The notes under the pieces are model-generated. The model did not search any database. It saw only the letters and a program-made list of their open reading frames with translations, and was not told where the DNA came from. 64,000 nt of DNA. Origin: a virus. Position 1 is the stretch's first letter, and each line of letters starts with the position of its first letter. The position numbers and the translations under genes are program-made. The stretch spans positions 1 to 64,000 of IMG/VR virus record IMGVR_UViG_3300033388_002987, one strand, 5' to 3'. Shown here piece after piece: positions 37,998-47,701 of this stretch.

Positions 37998-38912
37998 ATG
38001 CATAAATCAACTATAAAAGCTAAGGCAAATTTTCCATTCAAAGCAGGTGTACTTCATAAGTATAAGTATGACTACACTAACACTACTTACACAGGAAACC
38101 AGCATAAAATTGATATAAATTGTCTAGTACATGGAGTGTTTAGTACAACACCTCAACAGCATTTACAAGATAAATCTGGATGCCCGCAGTGCAATATGTA
38201 TAATAAAAAGTGCACCACTGCTGAATTTAAAAAAGTTGTTAACACTGTTAATGGGTACGAATTAATTAGCACTTACACCAACGCATTAACTAAGGTAGAA
38301 ATTAAACATCTGCATTGTGGTAATTCGTGGTATATAACACCGAACAAGTTTAAACTAGGTAGACGGTGTCCAGTTTGTGCTACAACAAATTATCCTAAAA
38401 CTACCAGTGAATATATTAGGGAATTATTTTTAACTACTAATGGGGACTTAATCTGTAACTCTCCATATATTAAAAGCCATGTAAAACTATCCCACACTCA
38501 CTCATGTGGCCATACATGGGATATAACTCCAGCCAATGTGTTAAATGGACAAAGCTGTCCAAAGTGCAGAAGTACTTCTGATAATGACATATTATATATT
38601 TGGAATGTCCCACATACTTCTATATACAAAATAGGAGTCACATCAGAGAGACTTGGGTTAAAGAGACTATTAGAAGTCCATAATAGGGTAACAGTTGATA
38701 CACTTTTATCATTAGTGGCCTATACCCCAACATTTAATGCTTCTAAATTAGAAAGGTACCTACTTCGTACATATACTAGTACCCCATCATGGGACTACAC
38801 AGGTGACGGTATGACTGAATTTAGAGTGTTAAGTAGCGTAGATTTAGTAAATATACTAAAAATAATAAATGTATTAAAGGAACCCCATGAAGAAATTAAA
38901 AAGAGTGTATAA
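37998..38912 (+). mobile_element. putative homing endonuclease: DUF723/CapR-like Zn-ribbon repeats plus C-terminal GIY-YIG-like domain
   Basis: Three KI.I.C..HG.F..TP..H...GCP.C-type repeats; LYIW..YKIGVT..G.TEF; own TATAAT upstream. Confidence 0.75.
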
Positions 38913-39193
38913 TGTACACTAAAACAGCCTTACAAGACACATGTAACTCCGTTCCATGCCCCTCTCCTGTAGAGCCAACTATTTGCCTTTTAGGTAAACA
39001 GTTCTCATTAGACAATGACTGGAGACATTCTCTCAGATACTTTAACAACTCACATCTACTTCAAATAGTGGAAGACTCACTCAAAGGTAAAGCCTTTGAA
39101 CTTGAGTTCAGTCAAACTGACAGCGACGGCAACGTAACTATCAAAGGTATGGACATAACAATCCCCCTCATGATCTTAAAGGAAGTTAAATGA
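38912..39193 (+). CDS. hypothetical protein
   Basis: TAATG-coupled. Confidence 0.55.
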   Translation: MYTKTALQDTCNSVPCPSPVEPTICLLGKQFSLDNDWRHSLRYFNNSHLLQIVEDSLKGKAFELEFSQTDSDGNVTIKGMDITIPLMILKEVK

Positions 39194-39864
39194 CAGTTAA
39201 ACTACTACATCACACACCTCTATGGGTATCCTCCACGGCGATACGCAAATGCTGGGCATCAGAAGGTAAGAGTGATACTAGAGAATACCAAAATACATTA
39301 AATACCGATGCTATCTTAGAAGATAACTACGGCTTTGATGCTAGTAAACTAACAGGCCCTAAAGACAAAGAACTTATTCACCGCATCGGTAATAAGTTCA
39401 AACACGCCTCTACCTTAGAACACCTTACTTATAACTTCGACATAGACGGCATAAGCCGTGCATGTCTACAAGAACTAGCTAGGCATCGTATAGCAAGTAT
39501 CTCGGTTAAGTCATCACGTTACACTCTTAAAGAACTTAAAGCAACTGAAACTCTGGAAGAGCTAAAACAATTCCTGGTAACAACTAAGGATGCACTAGTA
39601 GATGACATCTGTCTAGGAAACCTTCACGGTGTACGCAAGGCCTTACAAGCAGGCAAGTCAAATGACATTGCCAAATACTGCCTACCAGAAGCTTACAAAA
39701 CCTCCCTAGTGTGGTCAGTAAACGCTAGGTCTCTTCAGAACTTCTTATCACTACGTACGGACAAGGCAGCCCTTTGGGAAATCAGAGACCTAGCTAATGA
39801 AATCCACAACCAACTTCCAGAGGAACATAAATACCTCTTCACGGAATTCATAAAGGAGCCTTAA
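39190..39864 (+). CDS. thyX: FAD-dependent thymidylate synthase
   Basis: HASTLEH, ISRACLQELARHRIASISVKSSRY, NARSLQNFLSLR. Confidence 0.96.
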   Translation: MTVKLLHHTPLWVSSTAIRKCWASEGKSDTREYQNTLNTDAILEDNYGFDASKLTGPKDKELIHRIGNKFKHASTLEHLTYNFDIDGISRACLQELARHRIASISVKSSRYTLKELKATETLEELKQFLVTTKDALVDDICLGNLHGVRKALQAGKSNDIAKYCLPEAYKTSLVWSVNARSLQNFLSLRTDKAALWEIRDLANEIHNQLPEEHKYLFTEFIKEP

Positions 39865-40625
39865 TGGCATATCAATATAGACCAATCAAACAGGCGCAGC
39901 CTGGAGATGTAATAGAGTATCAAAGAACTAGCAATTATCCTTTAGATAATGCTGATAGAGTTGGTAAAAACTGTCTAGTACCACTTATCAGGGTGGAAGA
40001 GTATAATAAACTATACTTTACTAATCGGAGGGGTAACGAAGATTGGATGGCAGGACATGGTACATGGAAACTCCTTAAAACCAAACCTGGCTCAGAAGCC
40101 AAGGTAGGAGATACTATTATATGTATTGAATGGAGTGGTAGTAGCCACCATGTAGGAGAAACTTTAGTAGTAACTCCTGTGAATCTATATGCTACAATAA
40201 CAGCAGGCAAATGGCTAGTCCTCTGCGAAGCAGATGGTATACTAACATCCACTGGGGCAACTGCCTCTTATACACATGATGATATGCCAGACTCATTCTG
40301 CTATTTAGCACTAGAACCAGACATAAAACTAACAAACCAAAAGGAAACAACAATGAACTCAGATAAATTAGCAAAAGCTATTATAGATGTATGTACACCA
40401 GAAGTAAAAACAGTTAAGGTCAAAACAGACCTTCAAAAACGTAAGAAATTCTCAGGAGTTATTTATACAACAAGTGGTAAATATAACACTACAGTATACT
40501 CTAACAGTGAAAAGAAACTACGCAAACTAATGCAACTCCCTCACAACCTTGGTATGACTATGGTTACTCATGAGGCTAAATCAGTTATCACTACTAATAT
40601 ACCGGTAGTTACTACTAAAGCCTAG
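39864..40625 (+). CDS. hypothetical (paralog of 34093)
   Basis: Shared N-terminal motifs. Confidence 0.6.
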   Translation: MAYQYRPIKQAQPGDVIEYQRTSNYPLDNADRVGKNCLVPLIRVEEYNKLYFTNRRGNEDWMAGHGTWKLLKTKPGSEAKVGDTIICIEWSGSSHHVGETLVVTPVNLYATITAGKWLVLCEADGILTSTGATASYTHDDMPDSFCYLALEPDIKLTNQKETTMNSDKLAKAIIDVCTPEVKTVKVKTDLQKRKKFSGVIYTTSGKYNTTVYSNSEKKLRKLMQLPHNLGMTMVTHEAKSVITTNIPVVTTKA

Positions 40626-40830
40626 TAATCTAGGCTACCCCACTAAGGATACTAATGAACTCACAAGAACTGCAAGAGCTAGTATCTTATATCAGGGAAT
40701 CACTTCGATACTCTGTTATAGGATTAAATATTCAAGAAATACAACAACTAAATCAACGACTAGACTCAGACGCTTATCAAGCTGCCTTAGCAGTTGAAGA
40801 GTTCTTTGAAATGAAACGCCAGGAGCAATC

Positions 40831-41034
40831 ATGATTGATATCGAATATCAAGCAACACAGCTAGTAGAAGAAGTACTAGAATTCCTAGAGGACTCTCCAG
40901 TAAAACTTACAGAGCTTCTATACCATGACACGCTCTACGAGCGTTGCTACCAAGAAATAATCGACCGCTTAGCGGACGAGTGCGAAGCACGAGCTGACGA
41001 AGAAAAACTAAAGGACTACAATGAGTGCAATTGA
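40831..41034 (+). CDS. small acidic protein
   Basis: AGGAG RBS. Confidence 0.6.
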   Translation: MIDIEYQATQLVEEVLEFLEDSPVKLTELLYHDTLYERCYQEIIDRLADECEARADEEKLKDYNECN

Positions 41035-41341
41035 AAAACTATACGCTGAGATAAACAAAATAGAAGAAGAGGCTGGTCAACTAGACCCAACAGACTACGA
41101 GGCTTTATATAAGCTTTTAGCAAGTGCTTACTTTAAATCTAAGGACATCAACGAGTACTACTACGGTGGCAACGAACAAGTGCAAACTCCTCCAGATGAC
41201 TCTGAGGTTGTAGCCTTAAAAGAACAAGTACGTGTCTTAGAGGCTTATAAGGATGGTGCTGAACTATCTGAAGTAGAACATAAAAAAGTTATCTTAGAAC
41301 TATCTGCTAAATTAAATCAAGTCCTTAAGGTAGTATCATGA
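41021..41341 (+). CDS. acidic coiled-coil protein
   Basis: AAGGA RBS. Confidence 0.6.
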   Translation: MSAIEKLYAEINKIEEEAGQLDPTDYEALYKLLASAYFKSKDINEYYYGGNEQVQTPPDDSEVVALKEQVRVLEAYKDGAELSEVEHKKVILELSAKLNQVLKVVS

Positions 41342-41523
41342 TAGCTTATCTAGTAATATCAGTACTTATATTTACAGGATTTACCTACCTACAATATAGA
41401 GACCAAGCTCTACAAACAGAAGCTTATGGGTTATCAGCTCCTGTAATTACAATATTAGTAGCATTAGCATGGCCATTTGTACTGATACTATTATTAGCAC
41501 TATTTATTGCAAGTGAAACTTAA
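41338..41523 (+). CDS. small 2-TM membrane protein
   Basis: Hydrophobic helices. Confidence 0.6.
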   Translation: MIAYLVISVLIFTGFTYLQYRDQALQTEAYGLSAPVITILVALAWPFVLILLLALFIASET

Positions 41524-41532
41524 AGGTTAGTT

Positions 41533-42354
41533 ATGATACCTAAATGGCTCTGGAATAAAACAATAGCAGTATACGATCTCGAAACAGACCGTATACCAAC
41601 GACCTTAATATATATGATGGGTGTATCAGTAGTAACTATCAACGCCAGAGGCGTTGCTACCTCAACTCCTAGTAAAGTCTTCACACACACCTGGACCTCT
41701 TACTCCAACGGAAGCCTTATGCAAGGCATCTCCTTAGTAAACTCCTGTGATTTCAGAGCTGGTCACAACTCCGTCGGATTTGATGACTACGAAGTTCGAA
41801 GGTATCTTAACATCCTACTTACTAAGCCAGCTCTCGACACTATGATACTCTCCAAGATAATCTTTTCCAAAGATGATCTCTTTGCTATGGATCCTCAACT
41901 AAAGATTGATAAAGACTTATGGGGAGGCTACTCGCTCAAGGCCTTTGGTCAACGACTAGGCGACTTTAAAATCTCCTTCGATAACTTCAACAAGATGAAC
42001 GAGGAAATGGCAGTATATTGTAATCAAGATGTAAATCTCACCAGTAAACTCCTACTTTTCCTTCTAAACAAAGAGAACTTCCCACTAGAACCTGTCGTAA
42101 CAATTGAACATCAGGCTGCTGCTATAATAGCTGAACAAACTGCCTTTGGTTTCTATATTGATATAGACTTAACTAGGAAGCTTAATACTAAGCTCCTTAA
42201 AGAAAAACTAGAACTATCTACTGAGCTCTCTAAGATCTTCTCTCCTAAGTTCTTAAAAGATGGTCCAGTTAAATCATACAAGAAAACAAGCAAGGTTAAG
42301 AAGTACCTTCCTAACACTCACTACATACCACTAATAGGAACTAATTATGACTAG
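41533..42354 (+). CDS. polA: DNA polymerase A (T7-like), N-terminal half: 3'-5' exonuclease and start of thumb
   Basis: ExoI YDLETD, ExoII GHNSVGFD, ExoIII YCNQDV; EH.AA.II..Q...GF..D thumb start; stops early. Confidence 0.9.
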   Translation: MIPKWLWNKTIAVYDLETDRIPTTLIYMMGVSVVTINARGVATSTPSKVFTHTWTSYSNGSLMQGISLVNSCDFRAGHNSVGFDDYEVRRYLNILLTKPALDTMILSKIIFSKDDLFAMDPQLKIDKDLWGGYSLKAFGQRLGDFKISFDNFNKMNEEMAVYCNQDVNLTSKLLLFLLNKENFPLEPVVTIEHQAAAIIAEQTAFGFYIDIDLTRKLNTKLLKEKLELSTELSKIFSPKFLKDGPVKSYKKTSKVKKYLPNTHYIPLIGTNYD

Positions 42355-42511
42355 AGATGAAGCTCAAGGACTATCATTCTTCACAGAAGACGATGTAACT
42401 AAAAGTCTTGATAAACTTTATGACTTTTTTGGGAGTGATATTAAGAAACTAGAACAGCAAGTAGCTTATTGGAAGCTTAGCTTCCAAAAGCAATGTGAAG
42501 CGACAAGGTAA
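42347..42511 (+). CDS. hypothetical 54-aa protein overlapping polA-N stop
   Basis: Manual translation MTRDEAQGLSFFTEDDVTKSLDKLYDFF... Confidence 0.55.
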   Translation: MTRDEAQGLSFFTEDDVTKSLDKLYDFFGSDIKKLEQQVAYWKLSFQKQCEATR

Positions 42512-42514
42512 GTA

Positions 42515-42976
42515 ATGAACCTCTCAGACGATTCCATAGATCAAATCTATGAGTCCCTAGATTTATCCTGCTACCACTTCACTTGGTCCATTATAAACAA
42601 AGGCTCCAAAGGAGACTTTGTACTAGAATACATCCACCAAGAACTACTTCAAGACAGCTCTTTAACACGCTGCCTTGCATTAGTATTATGGGATAGTATG
42701 GACTGGAATGATGCTGTAACAGCTTATAATGATGAAGATTATCTAGTATTAACTACAGAAGAAGTAGACGATGAAATGCTAGAATCTGCCCAGAGTTATT
42801 TATATGAAGTAGTACTTCCAGAAATCCCGGAGTACCTACACTATTACTTCAATGAAGATACCTATATTAAAGACTACATTAATGATACAGTTCCCGGTGA
42901 AGTTATTGCAGACCATGATGGTGCGGAGCACTCTGTAGATGTAGATGGAACAACTTATTATATTTATAGAAAATAA
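42515..42976 (+). CDS. highly acidic putative DNA-mimic/antirestriction protein
   Basis: About 34 D/E vs about 6 K/R by manual count; Tyr-rich C-terminus YFNEDTYIKDY..YYIYRK, ArdA-like. Confidence 0.5.
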   Translation: MNLSDDSIDQIYESLDLSCYHFTWSIINKGSKGDFVLEYIHQELLQDSSLTRCLALVLWDSMDWNDAVTAYNDEDYLVLTTEEVDDEMLESAQSYLYEVVLPEIPEYLHYYFNEDTYIKDYINDTVPGEVIADHDGAEHSVDVDGTTYYIYRK

Positions 42977-44465
42977 TACGCTCGTCTCTATAAGACGTCG
43001 GGTTTGTGAAGCGAGGCTAACAAAACCAGTAAATGAAGTTTGCTGTACAAATAAGTCTTGAGATAGATAGTGACTGCCTGCTAAAGTACACGGCTATAAA
43101 ATGCAATCAACATCTACTAGTAGTGATGGAATCAGTGACACCTTAAGTGGTCTGCGGATTCGCGGTAAACTTTATTCTAGATAAAGGGTACTTGACCGCT
43201 ACTTCGGTAGTAACATATATGGTGAGTACAGTTACATGAGACATTTTGAGTCTAAGGAACTTGACATCCCAGGGTCGAAGTCCCTGGGCTACTAAAAGTC
43301 TAAACGAGACTGTAAATTGTACCGAACCCTTTAAGTAGGGCTAAATTGCAGGTTGCGGCCAACAGTCCGTACTAATAAATAGAATGATGCAGAAATGTAG
43401 AAATAGAGACTTACCTGTTCCACCACCTTATCTAAGGGCAACACCGTGAAGCCGGGGAACGACCAGTACGATTTATCGCTGACCCTAGACGGTCTTCAGC
43501 TGAAGAAAGCGTCCAGCTTCCACTCCATTTGCCTTCATTGGAGTATAACATTAAGACACCGGGATTTATACACCTTGGTTAATACAAACGTATGATATGA
43601 GCAGTAGGCTGCCTGTGTAAGTCAGGCCTGGGACACCAAAAGTCACGTAGGACCACTAGACTATAAAATCCATGGTGCTTGCTGGGATGCAAGGTGTAAA
43701 CCGTCTGACCGCTGTAGAGGACGTTAAATAGGCAGATACTAGTGAATCTAAGCAATCATTAGTAGCTAGTAACGTCAATGACAGAATAAGCTACGGCTTA
43801 GGAATCTTCGTTATGAAGGTGCCCACTACCTTAAGTGTGGGAGCTATGTTGTACCCATTCGGAGGGAACCTGACGCAGGCATAGTGAGTTCGAAACCGTC
43901 TAGTTGTGACTACTAATTAAAGTACAGACAATCCCTGTGAGCATACATAGTGGTGCAGGCCACAGCTTATTCCCTGGTTTGGGGTACAGTCCGTTCAAAT
44001 CGAGACTGGGTAAGTCCTGTTAATGTATGTTCTTAGGGGTCGTCGCAGCATGCAAGCGAATGACCGCTAATCATAAATAAACATGTACCATTATTTGTCA
44101 GTTGCGTAAATTCGAAAGAAACTGTCTGGTCAAACATATAGCTGAGGGATGTAACCTTTCAAAGTATATCTCAGCACAAACAAATAAGCTTATGGAGCTA
44201 ATAGACTAGGTAGGGAATCCTGCACTATTGGTTCTAGTAAGTTTATCGGGTCAAGCAAATGCCCCTCACAGCCCACGCCAGTATGATTGGATTCAAAGGG
44301 AGTAGTAAAATAATATGTGCCAAACAACGTGTATGAGAGTAAATACTACCGTTATTGTGATGGGTGTGCCTAGCCAGGACCTGTAGACTACCAATTCACA
44401 ATTAAAACAAAGAATAATAACGTTATGGTGCCCAGCAAACCTGGGTACTAGTAACGACTATTAAA
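42977..44465 (+). ncRNA. candidate very large structured non-coding RNA (or RNA cluster)
   Basis: No ORF of 60 aa or more in any frame over ~1.5 kb; visibly GC-richer; dense hairpins with UUCG/GAAA and T-loop-like loops. Confidence 0.6.
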
Positions 44466-44473
44466 GGAATTAA

Positions 44474-44851
44474 ATGAACTTCAAAATAGGTGATTCAGTA
44501 CGTATTAAAACATTAGCAAACCTAACAGAACAGTACGGAGTGTATGGCGACGGTGATATAAGGTGCTCCCCTTACTTTAAACCATCTCACAAAATATACT
44601 GTGGAAGATCTGGTACTATATCATCAATAACTGATAATGGGATTGCACTTACAGAAGCAGCTTTTGATAATAACGTATTCTCCTCGAAAGTATTAGAACG
44701 AATAGTTGAACTTACACTAGTTAAAGGGCATATACTTATATGTGATTTTGATGCATACTCAATAAACATTAATATAAATAAAGGGTACACTATACGTGAA
44801 TTTCATGATAACAAATGTATAATGGTGTATTCCCCTATAAATACTTTATAA
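44474..44851 (+). CDS. KOW/SH3-like domain protein (paralogous to N-terminus of 31106)
   Basis: MNFKIGDSVRIK vs MSFKIGDKVRVK. Confidence 0.6.
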   Translation: MNFKIGDSVRIKTLANLTEQYGVYGDGDIRCSPYFKPSHKIYCGRSGTISSITDNGIALTEAAFDNNVFSSKVLERIVELTLVKGHILICDFDAYSINININKGYTIREFHDNKCIMVYSPINTL

Positions 44852-44859
44852 GGTAATCT

Positions 44860-45405
44860 ATGAAACAATATGGAATAATACTAGGACGCATGCAACCAAT
44901 ACATATAGGCCACCAATCACTAATAGATAAAGTCATCTCCGATGACTTTACTCCTATAGTAATTCTTGGAACAGCTCAAGAATTTGGTACTAAGAAAAAC
45001 CCTTACCACCCTCTAGAACGTATCCATATGGTAAAATTAGTCTACCCTGACATCAGAGTATACGCCATGGACGATACTGAAGACTGGGATAAGTGGTTTA
45101 CAAACTTAGTAGATATCATCAAACTAATAGCTACTACTAACCTCTCCGAGGTTACAATATACACTCACAACAAACCTGAAGACCTTATGGACTTCACGTT
45201 CAAAGGTGTTGATTACACTAACGAGTACTACAGCAAATGCTACGAAATACTTGGTATCAATACAGAAAACATCAAAACATCTCACGTCCCTATAAGAGCC
45301 TCATCAATAAGAGCGAACTTAGAAATAAACAAACAATTCCTAGACCCTAAAGTCTACAACTACATAAAGGGCTGTAATGCTAAAACCAGTAACAATAATA
45401 TCTAA
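44860..45405 (+). CDS. nicotinamide-nucleotide adenylyltransferase (NadM-like)
   Basis: GRMQPIHIGH (HxGH), KNPY..ERI, IRASSIR. Confidence 0.9.
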   Translation: MKQYGIILGRMQPIHIGHQSLIDKVISDDFTPIVILGTAQEFGTKKNPYHPLERIHMVKLVYPDIRVYAMDDTEDWDKWFTNLVDIIKLIATTNLSEVTIYTHNKPEDLMDFTFKGVDYTNEYYSKCYEILGINTENIKTSHVPIRASSIRANLEINKQFLDPKVYNYIKGCNAKTSNNNI

Positions 45406-45958
45406 AGAAAAATTAACAAACCCTAGATTCATCAGTACCTCAGCTCTTAACATCATTAGAGACAGCCACACCATGCAATGGGAAATGATTAACTCATTAC
45501 CAACAGTTCACATACTTGTAAACAAAGTAGACTCTCAAGAAATCTTACTAGTTAAACAAGTACGCCCTCCTGTTCTCTACAACAACAATGCACCACATGG
45601 TGAGTGCATCGAGGTATGTGCTGGACTAGTAGATAAGTACAGTAGACACCATGAAGATTCTCAAACTGCTTTAGTTGCTAAAGAAGAAGTACTTGAAGAA
45701 CTAGGTTACACTACAAGTTACATCCAAAGACTACAACCTATTCTAGGTTCTGTAGGAACAGCTGGCACTAAATTACATCTATTCTACACTGAAGTAACTG
45801 ATGCCAACTTCGTTGGCCAACAATTGGAGCCAACTGAGGATATCGAAGTAGTTAAACTATCTTACGAAAATGTATTAAATTTTATTAATACAACATCAAA
45901 CACAGACTCTACAACAATTATGTTATTACAATGGTTCTTATTAAATAAAAGGAAATAA
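45377..45958 (+). CDS. NUDIX hydrolase (ADP-ribose/NDP-sugar pyrophosphatase-like)
   Basis: LLVKQVRP; EVCAGLVD...AKEEVLEELGY Nudix box; EDIEV. Confidence 0.88.
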   Translation: MLKPVTIISKEKLTNPRFISTSALNIIRDSHTMQWEMINSLPTVHILVNKVDSQEILLVKQVRPPVLYNNNAPHGECIEVCAGLVDKYSRHHEDSQTALVAKEEVLEELGYTTSYIQRLQPILGSVGTAGTKLHLFYTEVTDANFVGQQLEPTEDIEVVKLSYENVLNFINTTSNTDSTTIMLLQWFLLNKRK

Positions 45959-45959
45959 A

Positions 45960-47360
45960 ATGCAATCAATACTAAGCCTTGGAGACTCTTACAAGTACTC
46001 TCACAGTTCTCAATACCCTTCCAACACAGTCTCCATGTACTCTTACATGGAATCTCGTGGAGGAAAATACGAGGCAACTGTATTCGTAGGCCTACAATAC
46101 TACTTAGTAAAGTACTTAACAATCCCTGTAACATTACAAGAACTTGAAAAGACTAAACTCAAAGCGGCTGCCCATGGCATCCCCTTCGACTACGATGGCT
46201 GGTTACACATAATAAACAACCACAACGGTCTATTACCAATAAAAATTAAAGCAGTAAAAGAAGGCTCACTAATACCTGTAAAACATGTCCTATTAACAAT
46301 TGAATCAACTGACCCAGCTGTCCCTTGGATTGCTGGCTTCGTAGAAACTCTTCTAATGAAGATATGGTACCCAACAACTATAGCAACTAAGTCTTACTAT
46401 GTAAAACAAATGCTAACTAAATATGGCTCACCTGGATGGGCTCAATTTGCATATCATAACTTCGGAGATCGTGGAGCTACATCAGTTGAAGCCGCTGCAA
46501 TAGGTGGCATGGCCCACCTAACACAATTCAGCGGAACTGACAACTTTAACGCTTTAGACCTATGCGAGGACTTCTACGAAGAACCTATGGCAGGCTATTC
46601 TGTATACGCAACTGAGCACTCTACAACTACGTCCTATGGACGTGACGGTGAAGAACAATTCGTATACAACCAACTATTAGCAAATCCTGATAAGCCTATC
46701 ATGAGCTTCGTAGCTGACTCTTACGACGTGTACAACTTCACTGAATTCTGTACGGCTCCTGGTAGTCGTATTAGAAACCTAGTTGAATCTCGTCCACACC
46801 AAAAACTAGTCTTACGTCCAGATAGTGGCAACCCTTTAGAAGTACTACCTAAAATGCTAAATATAGCATTCCACAATGGCGCCATTACTACAGGCCCTAA
46901 AGGCGCTTACATATTTACTGATTTTGCGTTTCTTTGGGGTGACGGTATTACACCTGAAACTATAGAACTAATTCTTAAAGCACTTATTGAACTTGGTTAT
47001 GCAGCTGAAAACTTCGTTTTCGGCTCTGGTGGGGACTTAATGCAAAACATCAACAGAGACACTCAACGCTTCGCGATTAAGTGCTCTAATATTACAGTAG
47101 CTAAATCCTCAGGACAAGGCTTGCAACGTACTCACTACAATGAAGACATCGACGTCTACAAAGACCCTATTACCGACCCTGGTAAAGCATCTAAACGTGG
47201 CAAAGTAACTACTTGGTATGACACCTTATCAGGTGAAATAACCCAAGGACTGGTAAACACTCCTCCAAACTTAGACTGTATTTGTTTACTACAAACTGTC
47301 TTTGAAAATGGTAAGGTAGTTAAACCCACTATATTAGCTGAAATTAGAGAGGCAATATAA
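45960..47360 (+). CDS. nadV: nicotinamide phosphoribosyltransferase
   Basis: DSYKYSH, HNFGDRG, ATEHS, RPDSG, GDGI, FGSGG, KDPITDPGKASKRG. Confidence 0.95.
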   Translation: MQSILSLGDSYKYSHSSQYPSNTVSMYSYMESRGGKYEATVFVGLQYYLVKYLTIPVTLQELEKTKLKAAAHGIPFDYDGWLHIINNHNGLLPIKIKAVKEGSLIPVKHVLLTIESTDPAVPWIAGFVETLLMKIWYPTTIATKSYYVKQMLTKYGSPGWAQFAYHNFGDRGATSVEAAAIGGMAHLTQFSGTDNFNALDLCEDFYEEPMAGYSVYATEHSTTTSYGRDGEEQFVYNQLLANPDKPIMSFVADSYDVYNFTEFCTAPGSRIRNLVESRPHQKLVLRPDSGNPLEVLPKMLNIAFHNGAITTGPKGAYIFTDFAFLWGDGITPETIELILKALIELGYAAENFVFGSGGDLMQNINRDTQRFAIKCSNITVAKSSGQGLQRTHYNEDIDVYKDPITDPGKASKRGKVTTWYDTLSGEITQGLVNTPPNLDCICLLQTVFENGKVVKPTILAEIREAI

Positions 47361-47692
47361 TGGAACTACTCTTAGTAATCTCACTACTACTAGTCATCCA
47401 CTTCGTGGCTGACTTTCTACTACAATCTAATTGGATGGCTCAAAATAAATCTAAAAACAACAAGGTATTACTATATCATGTATCAGTATACTCACTACCG
47501 TTCATGGTCATCATAAGTCCCCTATATGGACTTATTAATGGTGCCCTTCACTTTGCTGTGGACTACTACACTTCACGCTATACAAGTAAGCTATGGAACT
47601 CTGGTGAGGTACATTGGTTCTTCGTTGTAATTGGTCTTGACCAATTACTACATATACTGTCCTTAATATGGACTTACCACTTATTATTTTAA
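47360..47692 (+). CDS. DUF3307-like membrane protein
   Basis: HFVADFLLQ..H..HFAVD..IGLDQLLH. Confidence 0.8.
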   Translation: MELLLVISLLLVIHFVADFLLQSNWMAQNKSKNNKVLLYHVSVYSLPFMVIISPLYGLINGALHFAVDYYTSRYTSKLWNSGEVHWFFVVIGLDQLLHILSLIWTYHLLF

Positions 47693-47701
47693 AGGATTAA
47701 T

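Noticed and set aside
43216-43231. Loop in the candidate ncRNA with an 11-nt identity (58365-75) and a 9-nt complement (58327-35) to the 5' end of polA-C, suggesting guide or trans-splicing
   Set aside because: Found post hoc; matches this short are expected by chance in 1.5 kb; no splicing machinery is visible.
43250-44320. tmRNA, RNase P or group I identity for the large ncRNA
   Set aside because: Only fragmentary resemblances (TGATTGGATTC, ACAGAATAAGCT, AAATTGCAGG). No acceptor stem with CCA, no complete P4, and no P7 pair found.
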